This document shows positions 41,216 through 50,749 of a DNA stretch of 64,000 nt, one piece after another. Source of the DNA: Minisyncoccota bacterium (lineage in GTDB: Bacteria; Patescibacteriota; Minisyncoccia; Phycocordibacterales; UBA9973); contig JBBABB010000001.1 in the NCBI GenBank assembly GCA_041657885.1, forward strand, positions 65,094 to 129,093, given 5' to 3'. Each line of letters begins with the position of its first letter. The first letter of the stretch is position 1. The notes beneath the pieces were generated by a model. It was not told where the DNA came from. It saw only the letters and a program-made list of their open reading frames with translations, and ran no database searches. Made by a program: the position numbers and the translations under genes.

Positions 41216-41242
41216 GCTCCGAACTTGGGAGGATGTTCGAAT
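41216..41242. repeat. Hairpin/mini-ORF element copy 2 (gctccgaacttgggaggATGTTCGAATGA)
   Basis: Exact match to the element core. A bidirectional terminator hairpin follows at 41,265-41,300. Confidence 0.6.
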
Positions 41243-41308
41243 GAGTATTATTAAGTAAATATAAAAGCCCATCAGTGAAGATGAGCTTCTACAGATGGGC
41301 TTAGTTTT

Positions 41309-41803
41309 TTATTCGTCCTGATTATAATAGTATCCAGGACATTGATATGCCTTATCACGCTGTTCACGAACACATCCCATACGATCATCACATGAATTAC
41401 ATAACACTTCTGGGACGGTAATAGTTCCCTTGCGAGTTTTAGTGGAGTAATAAACTTTTACTCTTACTAAATCTTTGCGTAATTCAGGTATGGGATATCC
41501 CTCCTCGATAAGTTGCCTAAAATAATTAAAGTCAACTTTTTTTGCTATAACATGTTCCTCTTTTTTTGCTTTTTCAACAAAAAATTCATCAGAAAGGTAT
41601 TTACTGTTTACTGAAAAAATAAGGTTCCATGATTGGCCACTTCTATCTTCAGCTTCAATAGAATGAATAATTACAGCAAAGTACTTTTCCTTTTCATTTT
41701 TGATGACTTGAAAAGGGACCAACCTTTTTTCGGTGCAAAGGCGTAAGCCATCAAACAATTCCTCTCTTGAGGGACCATTTGTAATTTCAATCGTTTTTTC
41801 CAT
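41309..41803 (-). CDS. Hypothetical protein with a C-terminal Cys cluster (CNSCDD..C..CPG)
   Basis: ORF only. Confidence 0.4.
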   Translation of the reverse strand: MEKTIEITNGPSREELFDGLRLCTEKRLVPFQVIKNEKEKYFAVIIHSIEAEDRSGQSWNLIFSVNSKYLSDEFFVEKAKKEEHVIAKKVDFNYFRQLIEEGYPIPELRKDLVRVKVYYSTKTRKGTITVPEVLCNSCDDRMGCVREQRDKAYQCPGYYYNQDE

Positions 41804-42056
41804 CGTACAATGAATTTAAAAAGAACTTTTTCCTTATACATTTTACAGAGGATAAAGATAACTCTGGAGCCATAAGGCAATCTTTCCGTACAGAAAGAAC
41901 TGCTTATATGATATCACAATAACTTGACATTGTCAAGCAGTTATGCTATACTATCCAGAGTAATAAGTTCTTTTTATAAACCAGAGGTAGATCATACGAA
42001 AACCAATGACTTTTGTCTTTGCTTGACCTGTCGTCTATCTCAAAAAACTCAAAATT

Positions 42057-42386
42057 ATGGTTGCTTTAACTGTTTTCGCTTTGTTCTTCGGTACCTTTAT
42101 TGGCTACTGTTGGGGAAATTCTAAAAGAGGAAAATTGGTAGAATATACCAATGAACTCCCTAATGGGTTTCTGAGAATCCTAAGTACTGATAAGACGTCT
42201 TCTGTCTTAGAAGAAGTTGATTACAAGAAAAGAAGATTCTTGGTTTCCACTGATGTTTTTGGAGGAAAGCCAATCAGACCAAAAGATGTCGTAAGAAAAA
42301 TCAAAAGCGACAGAGAAAGAAAAGATTTCGGAATCCCAGTATTGGGATATCCCCCTCTCATTAAAGTAGAGGAAGAAGATCTTTAA
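42057..42386 (+). CDS. Hypothetical protein with an N-terminal TM helix
   Basis: ORF only. Confidence 0.35.
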   Translation: MVALTVFALFFGTFIGYCWGNSKRGKLVEYTNELPNGFLRILSTDKTSSVLEEVDYKKRRFLVSTDVFGGKPIRPKDVVRKIKSDRERKDFGIPVLGYPPLIKVEEEDL

Positions 42387-42599
42387 AGAAATTTGCTGGT
42401 TTCTCTCCAGTGATTGGTAGTAGCCAAGAGAAAATATAACTCAAGACCCTTATCTTTACAGATGAGGGCTTGTTTATTTTTACCCCACACTCACTACCAC
42501 TATATATCCCCTATAAAGTTCACAACGTGCATATGTTCACAAAAACAAAAGGCCGTTTCCGATAAATCGGGCGTGCCTTACTATTTTAAAATAATACCT

Positions 42600-43013
42600 T
42601 CAGAATCTATCCTTGGTTATGAGTAACACAATAGAAACAATAGCGAGTAAAAAACCAAGTATTTTCTGAAAAGAAATTCCGCCTGCCATAATTGATTGAT
42701 ATACAGCAGGAATAGCTGTTTGTGCAATAAGCATGATCACAAACAATAAACCGACATTTTGTACTGTTGCTTTGGCGATAACACCATTAAAGAGCAATAG
42801 CCCAATTGCGCCAATAACTCCCGCGCTAATCGCAAATATCCAATGGGCCGATGATATTTCCATGGGTTGTGTTAATGAAAAAAGAAAAACACAGATTAGC
42901 ACTACAAAAGCAAAGACAAAAGAAGCTACGCTACCACTTAAACCGCTTCGGTTCATAAGTAGTGGCCAAATGCCAAATAGCATTCCAGCAATAACGATTT
43001 TTATTACATTCAT
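42600..43013 (-). CDS. Small integral membrane protein (4 TM helices)
   Basis: Hydrophobicity pattern only. Confidence 0.45.
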   Translation of the reverse strand: MNVIKIVIAGMLFGIWPLLMNRSGLSGSVASFVFAFVVLICVFLFSLTQPMEISSAHWIFAISAGVIGAIGLLLFNGVIAKATVQNVGLLFVIMLIAQTAIPAVYQSIMAGGISFQKILGFLLAIVSIVLLITKDRF

Positions 43014-43279
43014 ATTGTTGAGTTTTAATAGTTTGTATTTTTTTCTTTCACATTACTTCTAAGAGCTTGTAAAGTCAATAGGAATAAAAAAACCGCCTTT
43101 CAAGTATTTCTCCTGAAAGACGGTTAGTCATTGCTACTAAAGAGTATGCTTAATAGACAATGCGTTCGCCTCCCTACGTCGGAAAAGATAAAAACGACGA
43201 GTTCATAGGTTCAGCATCCTACCACCAAACCCTGACATCTTTCTACTTTGGGTCTCTTTAATAGAAAAGAAGTTAGTTT

Positions 43280-43720
43280 TTAATAAATTGTAAATGACCC
43301 ACAAACAGCTTCACCTGAGACATCATTGTGGTTAAGAAATCGCATGTGCTCCCCATCGTGGAATATATATTCCGTATAACTCGAGGGGGATTCAAGAAAA
43401 TGTGTGGGATATTTCCCTGGTCCTCCACAATTTGCAGTCACAACTTTCCACGTTTTCCCGTACTTGTCTCGTAATTCAGAACCTTCTTGTAATTTCTGAA
43501 ACTCTGTTTGACTAATAATACAGCCAGTTTGATTATTACTTGAAGTGACCTGAATTTTGCAAACTGTCTCATCTTCATAGTGAAAAACAAGTTCATGTTT
43601 TTCACTATCGTATGTTATTGCAGTTATTCTTTGGCTTTTAAAGGCGCACATTCTCAAGAGGGCATCACCAACAAATTCGTTGTATTCCTTGCCGAAAGGA
43701 ATTTCTACTTGTGTTATCAT
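43280..43720 (-). CDS. Hypothetical protein, driven by an inverted copy of the shared promoter module
   Basis: ORF. A promoter-module copy lies upstream at 43,780-43,817 on the minus strand. Confidence 0.4.
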   Translation of the reverse strand: MITQVEIPFGKEYNEFVGDALLRMCAFKSQRITAITYDSEKHELVFHYEDETVCKIQVTSSNNQTGCIISQTEFQKLQEGSELRDKYGKTWKVVTANCGGPGKYPTHFLESPSSYTEYIFHDGEHMRFLNHNDVSGEAVCGSFTIY

Positions 43721-43779
43721 CTTATTTATTTTTAAAGGTTTTTACTATTTTCTTTACATTACTACTTTCGCAATGAATT

Positions 43780-43817
43780 ATCAATCTAGGTTCGAACTTC
43801 TACTAAGGTAGGAAAAA
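43780..43817 (-). promoter_or_regulatory. Shared promoter module, copy 1 (reverse complement of tttttcctaccttagtagaagttcgaacctagattgat)
   Basis: Matches copies at 53,338-53,381, 56,177-56,222 and 59,961-60,005. Confidence 0.45.
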
Positions 43818-44258
43818 TAACCATTATAAAATATGGTTCAAAATTTTGCTCCACGTAGTATACCAGGTTAGAACCTATTTTCAAGCTAATCCAGGATATG
43901 TTTTTATACCAAAGCTATCCCTAGAGTCAGTACAGATAGCATAGTATTTTCAGTTCTATCCCGTACAGTCCCGTTACGTACATACCAACAGTAGCACCCT
44001 TGCAACTTTTGACATAGGCGTGGCTTGTTTTGTCAGCCCGATAATTTTTAATACTACACAGGGCTGTATATAATTCTGTTAGCTTCTGGATAACAGTATC
44101 GCTAATTTCAAACAGTATCATTATCGCAACTGTCCTAAAGGGGTGTACCCTTGTCTTTCTTGTACCCATTTTTATGAAAAACTGAAAATAGGTGGTGGGT
44201 ATATTACAGCCGAGTTTTTCGCGCGGCGGGGGGACACCCTCTCCCAGTTGAGGTTTTT

Positions 44259-45527
44259 CTAGGAATCTTTTTTGGGCTCTGGGTTTACTTCGTCTTCTTT
44301 TTTCTTTGTGCCCATTGGAGGCAAAGGCTCCCTTTTTACTTTTGGGAATTTTTTTGGAAAGTGTTTAATACGTAACTTTTCGTGCTTGTCATAAATTGTG
44401 TGTGAAGAACCCCAGTTATCATCTGGTCTTAAGAAACTCTCTCCGTATTCAAACCAAGAGCCATTCTTTGCGCTCCTTATATCAACAAAGATATGGGGAC
44501 ATTGAGCTAGTGGGTCACCGAGATTATCTATCTCAATAATTCTCTCATATGGGATAACCGCTTCGGTTTCAAAGTATGCCCTGTTGGCCTTATCAATCTT
44601 TTGAGAAAACATATATCCTCGATAATGAACGTCGGTTTCATCCTTGGGGTTATTCCAGTAGTCGTCGTGAATGAGTGCCATATTATATTCATTGCTATAG
44701 TCCCATTTCAAAAGCTCCCCAGTTTGAGGGTCAACTTCCTTGTAGGCGTGATATTTGCGAGTAAGAAGTCGAATGCCGTTGTGGTCGTGTCCAACAAACT
44801 GATACTGTTTCCATCTCGGCTTCTTTCTGAAATCCTCTATCTTTTCGCCCATTTTTATATATGGATAACTTTCGGCGTTTATGTCTCTTACCAGTACGGT
44901 AGTGTAACTCTTTTGACCAATTGCACCCAAGTACTTAACGGTCTTCCTCTTCATTGCTAGTCGAGCCGATATTTCTGACTTTATCGTGCGACGACGTATG
45001 ATTAATGAGATACCAAAGTAGGCAAAGAGCAGATGGTCATTCTTCGGAAGAACGAGCATATCTTCCAAATCAGCTCTGCCCCACAAGTAAAATTCTTGCA
45101 CCCCTTTTTGGCTTAATTTCTCTCGAAACAAGTCTCGTGTCTGTTTTGAAAACTCACAAGGTGCAGCAAAGAGTACGCCGTAAGGTACGTCTGCGCCTTT
45201 TGGTATCATTTCTTCAAGATATTTTTCTAACTTGGCAGGAGTAATTGTTTTCTCACGTTTGCACTGTATCTGCCAAAGCCTATCTGGACTGGTTTTCTTT
45301 GCGCTATCTTTCTCTTCCTGTTCATCATCTTCACTTTCTGACTCTTGGTCACCCACAATTTCAAAACCACGAGCATCATAACCATCGTCTGTGCCAAGAC
45401 GTCCTGTCGGCTCCAACAAGCGCCAAGTGCGAAAATCATAAGCTAATTGGCGCACCAAATCTTCAAACCTATGTGGCTCAAGGTCTTGGAAAGGGAGAGG
45501 GTTTAATGTTCGGGTTGTTTTTGCCAT
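44259..45527 (-). CDS. Mrr-like PD-(D/E)xK nuclease-fold protein (N-terminal about 140 aa) with a 280-aa C-terminal region of unknown fold. Partner of the OLD nuclease
   Basis: GTDDGYDARG ... WQIQCKREK resembles the Mrr catalytic-domain D..(E/Q)xK arrangement. Its start sits 1 nt after the OLD stop (TGAaATG). Confidence 0.55.
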   Translation of the reverse strand: MAKTTRTLNPLPFQDLEPHRFEDLVRQLAYDFRTWRLLEPTGRLGTDDGYDARGFEIVGDQESESEDDEQEEKDSAKKTSPDRLWQIQCKREKTITPAKLEKYLEEMIPKGADVPYGVLFAAPCEFSKQTRDLFREKLSQKGVQEFYLWGRADLEDMLVLPKNDHLLFAYFGISLIIRRRTIKSEISARLAMKRKTVKYLGAIGQKSYTTVLVRDINAESYPYIKMGEKIEDFRKKPRWKQYQFVGHDHNGIRLLTRKYHAYKEVDPQTGELLKWDYSNEYNMALIHDDYWNNPKDETDVHYRGYMFSQKIDKANRAYFETEAVIPYERIIEIDNLGDPLAQCPHIFVDIRSAKNGSWFEYGESFLRPDDNWGSSHTIYDKHEKLRIKHFPKKFPKVKREPLPPMGTKKKEDEVNPEPKKDS

Positions 45528-45528
45528 T

Positions 45529-47379
45529 TCAGGTTATTTTCTTTTTTATCAACTTAACAATGTCATAAAGCCCCTTCAATTCTCCTTTTAGTATTGAGGC
45601 ATCTATGTTTAGCTTTTTGAAAGAATCAGCAATTTTAACAGAGAGATTGTGCTTTACGTCATCGGTAAAACTAATACCCTCGGCTTCATAGTGTTTTACA
45701 ACCTGTTGCATTACTGGAGTTTTGAGACTAAGTATTTTTGAAAAAGATGATTTATACTGCCTGCCAATCTCGTTAGCAGCATCTTCTACAAGTTTGAGCG
45801 GTAATAAATCTTCCATCGTTTCTGCGCCACTTTTTACAGCAACACTTAAAATCTCTTTATTTACAAGTACTTTCTTCTTTTTGTTGGCCACGATTGCGTT
45901 TTTCCCTTCGGTGTCGTTGTCGAACAATGCTATCACATCTAAGCCGTTGTTTTTTAACATATTAGCGTAGTATAGGATTTTCGATGCACCGTGAGCTGGA
46001 ATAAACACTGATGAGTTGAGATTTATTGAAAACTTGAAACTTTTGAGTTTGTTTATGAACTCAAGCAATACCATTTTATCGAGTAAGCCCTCAACAAGGA
46101 TATTTTTCTCTGCAATAGGAGCGACATCAGATAATGCAAAACCAAGAGAGTTTCGCAAAAGTTCGTCTTGAAAAATATCTTTTTTACTTAATCTATTCAC
46201 TATATCAGTATCGTCGTCTGGTCTTCGAATAAGGCGCACACGCTCTGGATATTCTTTGCTAATCATAAAAGGCGTGTGTGTCGAATAAACTATTTGATTA
46301 TGTTCCGATAGTTCTTCCAGTCGTTCTAGCAAATCTTTTTGTCCACCAGGGTGTAGCTTATCGCCTGGCTGGTCAAAAAGAATGATATTATTTTTTAGCG
46401 TTTGTAATTTCGAGCGAAAATTTATTAGAAACGTGAGATACCACTGCAAACCTTCACTACGCTTTTTGGGGTCAATCTGATAACCTTTTTCCTCAACCAG
46501 AATTTCTATAAATGCCTCTTTGTAATGCATCGTTAATTTTATATTCTTTCTCTGTTTCCAGGTATTATTTATAACCTTTGTTACTTTACGAGAAATGTCA
46601 GTAAGAAAGTTGTGTATATAAACGCTGTCTCTATTAGTAAAGTGTGAAGCAATTTTATCTTCTTCAATACCTCCTAAGCGAAAAAGATTTACAACGGATG
46701 AATACTGTTCTTTGATTACGTGAAAAGAAATCGGTACATCTTTGGGAATGTAATACTCATCTGAATATTTCCACAGAAAAACACTTGGAAGAGCATCAAA
46801 AATTATTTCTGATATCTTTTTGTATAGCAGGTCATCTCGTTCTTTTTTTTCTACCTTCTGCAACTTTTTATCTCGGAAGAGCTTTGTATTTTTATGATAT
46901 GTTATTGGCGAAGATGTCCAGTTATTAGGCGCGAGCGATATTGTATTCCCATTCTTTGTCTGTAATTTTTGCTCTACTTCTGAAATGTTTTTATAAATCT
47001 CAACATATTGAAAACCCTGTCCGTTTGGCGTGTCGAGGTAGGTTTCGTCCTCATCGTTACCTTCACGCGTTATTGTGATTCGGTTGTGTTTTTCAAAAAA
47101 ACGAGCGTAACGTTTAAGTTTATCTAGAAGCTCTTCCGACAGCTCAAACTCGTAAATGACATTTGGGAGATAGTTTTTGCGTGAGTATTCGGAGTTTATT
47201 TTTGTGTCAGACTCCGTAAGTTCTTTGTCGGCATCAAGAAACTCAATAGCCTCAAGTAAATTAGTCTTGCCACTCTCATTTGCTCCTACAAGAACAGTTA
47301 TTTTTTCGTCAACATCTAAGCTGTCATCATTGATGGTTCTAAAACTCTGGCATCGGATTGATTTTAATGTTAGTTGCAT
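45529..47379 (-). CDS. OLD-family nuclease: N-terminal ABC/AAA15-type ATPase fused to a C-terminal TOPRIM domain
   Basis: Walker A (VLVGANESGKTNLLEAIEFL), an ABC signature region with Walker B (ILFDQPGDKLHP), and a C-terminal TOPRIM (ILVEGLLDK..IALFDNDTEGKN). Confidence 0.8.
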   Translation of the reverse strand: MQLTLKSIRCQSFRTINDDSLDVDEKITVLVGANESGKTNLLEAIEFLDADKELTESDTKINSEYSRKNYLPNVIYEFELSEELLDKLKRYARFFEKHNRITITREGNDEDETYLDTPNGQGFQYVEIYKNISEVEQKLQTKNGNTISLAPNNWTSSPITYHKNTKLFRDKKLQKVEKKERDDLLYKKISEIIFDALPSVFLWKYSDEYYIPKDVPISFHVIKEQYSSVVNLFRLGGIEEDKIASHFTNRDSVYIHNFLTDISRKVTKVINNTWKQRKNIKLTMHYKEAFIEILVEEKGYQIDPKKRSEGLQWYLTFLINFRSKLQTLKNNIILFDQPGDKLHPGGQKDLLERLEELSEHNQIVYSTHTPFMISKEYPERVRLIRRPDDDTDIVNRLSKKDIFQDELLRNSLGFALSDVAPIAEKNILVEGLLDKMVLLEFINKLKSFKFSINLNSSVFIPAHGASKILYYANMLKNNGLDVIALFDNDTEGKNAIVANKKKKVLVNKEILSVAVKSGAETMEDLLPLKLVEDAANEIGRQYKSSFSKILSLKTPVMQQVVKHYEAEGISFTDDVKHNLSVKIADSFKKLNIDASILKGELKGLYDIVKLIKKKIT

Positions 47380-47410
47380 ATCATTATCATTGTTATTTTA
47401 TTACGACTCA

Positions 47411-47593
47411 CTACTTATGTTTGGATTTTTCTGCGAGTCTTCCGCGCTTGAGGAAATCTTTTATATCCTTATCAGTGAATCGCCACTTGCCCTGTTTCGA
47501 CCCGCTTAATTTTTTATCTTTCAAATAGCGGAAGATTTGCCGTTCAGAACATTTTAGAAGTTTTGCCACTTCTTCGATGGTGTATATTTTCAT
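47411..47593 (-). CDS. Excisionase/HTH_17-family DNA-binding protein, about 60 aa. The first gene of the OLD operon
   Basis: MKIYTIEEVAKLLKCSERQIFRYLKDKKL..GKWRFTDKDIKDFL matches the Xis/MerR-type winged HTH. It lies 31 nt upstream of the OLD start. Confidence 0.6.
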   Translation of the reverse strand: MKIYTIEEVAKLLKCSERQIFRYLKDKKLSGSKQGKWRFTDKDIKDFLKRGRLAEKSKHK

Positions 47594-47918
47594 AAATTTA
47601 ATTGTATCTCTTTTGCGCAAATTGGTCAACTTTTGTCATACTGAATTTTTAACTGTGGATAACGTTTTTGTCTTTGCATAACTCTAAATAACACGACATA
47701 ACGCAACTCCTTATAATTTTCATTGACTAAAAACTCTGATAAATTATAATTAAATTAGCTCTTGAAAAATTAAAGCAAAAAGCAACAAATTGTTTGAGGT
47801 ACAAGTCGCTGGGGCTCTTCTAGAGGAGACTAGAGATATTTCTTAAATAGTTTAGCGCAGTAGTATCTCTGCCCATAAGGTAAAGAGGAACTACCATTTC
47901 AGAATCCAGTTTTATTTT

Positions 47919-48275
47919 GTGGATTTTGAAATGGGAGCTATCTCTTACAACAAAGAACCGCAAAATAAAAAGTGCGATTTTTTGCTTTTTAATGGCGGTA
48001 ATCTACTGGGTTTGACGAAGTCCGTTGTTGACTTCGTGGGTCGCCATCCCAGTGGAACCTGCGAGGTCAAGAGCGGACTTTTTATGTTATCGCAAAAAGC
48101 GCTCGAAGAATTTAAGACTATCTGGAGCAAAGAATTCGGAGAAGAAATCTCCGACGAATTTGCGACTGAGCAAGCAATAAATTTGCTAGTGCTTTTTAAT
48201 GCGACGTATAAGTCCATTAAAAACGAATGGATAAAACAATACGACGATGAAAAATCAAAAAATACCACCATATAA
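47919..48275 (+). CDS. Hypothetical protein (element cargo)
   Basis: ORF only. Confidence 0.35.
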   Translation: MDFEMGAISYNKEPQNKKCDFLLFNGGNLLGLTKSVVDFVGRHPSGTCEVKSGLFMLSQKALEEFKTIWSKEFGEEISDEFATEQAINLLVLFNATYKSIKNEWIKQYDDEKSKNTTI

Positions 48276-49077
48276 CACAATTCCGCACTATATTGTGTCG
48301 GATTATCGTAGCGGGAAATTGAATATCAACCAGCTTCGCTTGCTTCAGTGGATACGTGCGATAGGGACACCATACGGGATTGCCATTACGAGCTTGGTTG
48401 ATTTGAACAACGATGTCTTTCCCGACTTGGAGTTGAAAATTAACACAATCAACTCATACCTTATCAAACTCCGTCAGGAGCAATATATCTTTTTTGAACC
48501 ACGACAGGGCAAAATAGGAACTTTTGAAATACATCTCAATCATTGGTTGACACCTAAGATGGGCTATAAAACGCTTGATAAGTTCTTCCCCGAACCAAAA
48601 CGATGGGTAGGCGCGGACGGAGAACCAATAGGGGTCAATTCTTTTCCACAAGCAAATCCATCAGAAGTCAGTCAGAAGTTGGGGGAGGAAAATCAGAAGT
48701 TGGAAGATATAAAAAACAAGTTAGCAAAACAATTTTCTGGCTACACACCAGAAGACAAAATCAGAAGTCCCCACAACGAACACGATACCGAACATCACAT
48801 TGAAAATCACGATACGTTAATAAAATCTTCTTTTAAGGGAACGTTGGTGAGAGAATTCAATCCGAAGAACTACGAAGAACAGCGATGTAAAGAAATAGTT
48901 TCAGAACTCGGGGATAAGTTTATGAATTCAATCTTAAGTGTCTTGCGAAAAGACGGATTCCGACGTATAGAACAAGCGTGGGGTATTTTTCGAGAGCATA
49001 GAGAGGAAGGTAAAAAAATGGATAATCCCGCAGGATATTTTCAGGGCATTATTAAGAAACTACGAGAAAACCGATGA
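48247..49077 (+). CDS. Hypothetical protein, possibly a winged-helix replication-initiator-like protein
   Basis: Weak resemblance only (QLRLLQWIRAIGTPYGIAITSLVDL). Confidence 0.3.
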   Translation: MKNQKIPPYNTIPHYIVSDYRSGKLNINQLRLLQWIRAIGTPYGIAITSLVDLNNDVFPDLELKINTINSYLIKLRQEQYIFFEPRQGKIGTFEIHLNHWLTPKMGYKTLDKFFPEPKRWVGADGEPIGVNSFPQANPSEVSQKLGEENQKLEDIKNKLAKQFSGYTPEDKIRSPHNEHDTEHHIENHDTLIKSSFKGTLVREFNPKNYEEQRCKEIVSELGDKFMNSILSVLRKDGFRRIEQAWGIFREHREEGKKMDNPAGYFQGIIKKLRENR

Positions 49078-49292
49078 AAACGACACATTCACAATTTAGC
49101 ACTTTTACACTTGTCAGGGATTGTCAGGGTGCTATAATGATAGCGTACCCCAATATGTTTGCTTTTCAGTGGAAAGCGGCACCTTGCTGCCAATTGCTGA
49201 AAAGCGTATTGGGGTACCAGCGGGTGTCGCTTTGCGTTTTGTATAAATTATTTATTAAAAGGTCGCGAGTAAGATTAAATTAGCCAAAATTT

Positions 49293-49847
49293 ATGAAGAA
49301 AATTATTTCAATCGTTTCTATCATTGTAATTATTACCGTTCTTTCGTTTGCATTACCAAGTCAAACTTACGCAGTGTGGTGGAATCCATTTTCGTGGTCT
49401 TCTGAAAACAAACAAGCGGAAGAACAAGAACAGCCGCCAACAACTGACCAGAATACCGAGGAAACGGAGAAGCAAAACACGATTGCTCCATTTAATAATA
49501 TTCCATCGTCTGATGCAGAGACAATCGAGGCGTTGAAAATAGAAGTCGCAACACTCAAGACCAGTTTGGATAATTTATATAAAGCTCATAACAGCCTAGT
49601 GGAAGACCACAATGTTCTACTTAAATACGTAAATGCAACGGTTTCGCCCAGCAAGAGTGTTAGTGTAATAACCGATAATTCTAGTCTTGAGAAAAAAGTT
49701 ACCGATTTAGAAAATAAACTCTACAATGTTTGTCGACGGACATTCAGTTCCCTGGGTGGGCTTGGTAGAGACAACTGTCCGTCGTCTGGACTTCTTGGAA
49801 CGGAAGCTCTTGAGAGTAGAATCAAAAAACTTGAAGGAGGATATTAA
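49293..49847 (+). CDS. Hypothetical secreted coiled-coil protein
   Basis: Signal peptide (MKKIISIVSIIVIITVLSFALPSQTYA) and heptad-like repeats. Confidence 0.4.
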   Translation: MKKIISIVSIIVIITVLSFALPSQTYAVWWNPFSWSSENKQAEEQEQPPTTDQNTEETEKQNTIAPFNNIPSSDAETIEALKIEVATLKTSLDNLYKAHNSLVEDHNVLLKYVNATVSPSKSVSVITDNSSLEKKVTDLENKLYNVCRRTFSSLGGLGRDNCPSSGLLGTEALESRIKKLEGGY

Positions 49848-49864
49848 AATTAGCAAACTACTAT

Positions 49865-50749
49865 ATGAACCAATTTTTAATCTTAATAGGAATCCTTGTA
49901 GGATTAGGGATAATTGTCTCTGTATTGGAAAGTAAAAATAAATATATAAAACGGACTGGTGAAATCGTGTTTGGAACGATAGCGACTGTGATTTTAAGTG
50001 GTATGGTGACTTTGCTTGTTATGGGGGCGCTTATTTTAACCCTTGGGGCATTCGTTTGGATTTTGGCTTTCGTATTTGATTTGCTAAATTTGCCTCCTGG
50101 ATTCGAGGATGGGGTATTTTCTCTGCTCCGCCCTGCTTTTTTCTGGGCGAACGATGACTATATTAAGCCGACTCTCTTCGTTCTGTGGGTAATTATCCTT
50201 TTCGTTGGTTTCAAGGGAGATTGGGTGAAAAAGAAACTCGCTTGGGTACTATATCGGAAAAGGGCGACACCCGAACCAGAAAAATCACAGCAAGAATTAC
50301 CAAAAATGAAAAAGGAGGAAACTGTGTTGGATTATTTTCATCGCATACAATCAATAAAAAATAAAGATAGTAAAGACCGAGAGAAAAAACCACGGAAGGA
50401 GCCATCTTCATCACCAAAGAGATTATTGATTCCCTTGAGCAACTCGGCAGAGGAAGCTTTGGCGGCGGTAAAAGCTCATTTGTTAGACAACCATAAAACA
50501 AAGGGGAACGAAGAAGAATTTGAAGTCCAGGTACGGCTACCACGGGAGACGTATGAACCACAGGAGAAACAGCAGCAGTCGTCTTCGAATCTGTTATCGG
50601 AGAGTTCGGACGAAGAAATAGAATTAGTAGAAGGAGATTCGAAAATCAAAGCGTTTCAATTAGGCTCTCCATTTCAAAAGACCAAAGAGGAAAAAGAACT
50701 ACCCACAAAAAATAATAATCAACCATCACAAAACAATGAAAAAAATTGA
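49865..50749 (+). CDS. Hypothetical membrane protein with a charged low-complexity C-terminal tail
   Basis: Four TM helices followed by a Lys/Glu/Ser-rich region. Confidence 0.4.
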   Translation: MNQFLILIGILVGLGIIVSVLESKNKYIKRTGEIVFGTIATVILSGMVTLLVMGALILTLGAFVWILAFVFDLLNLPPGFEDGVFSLLRPAFFWANDDYIKPTLFVLWVIILFVGFKGDWVKKKLAWVLYRKRATPEPEKSQQELPKMKKEETVLDYFHRIQSIKNKDSKDREKKPRKEPSSSPKRLLIPLSNSAEEALAAVKAHLLDNHKTKGNEEEFEVQVRLPRETYEPQEKQQQSSSNLLSESSDEEIELVEGDSKIKAFQLGSPFQKTKEEKELPTKNNNQPSQNNEKN

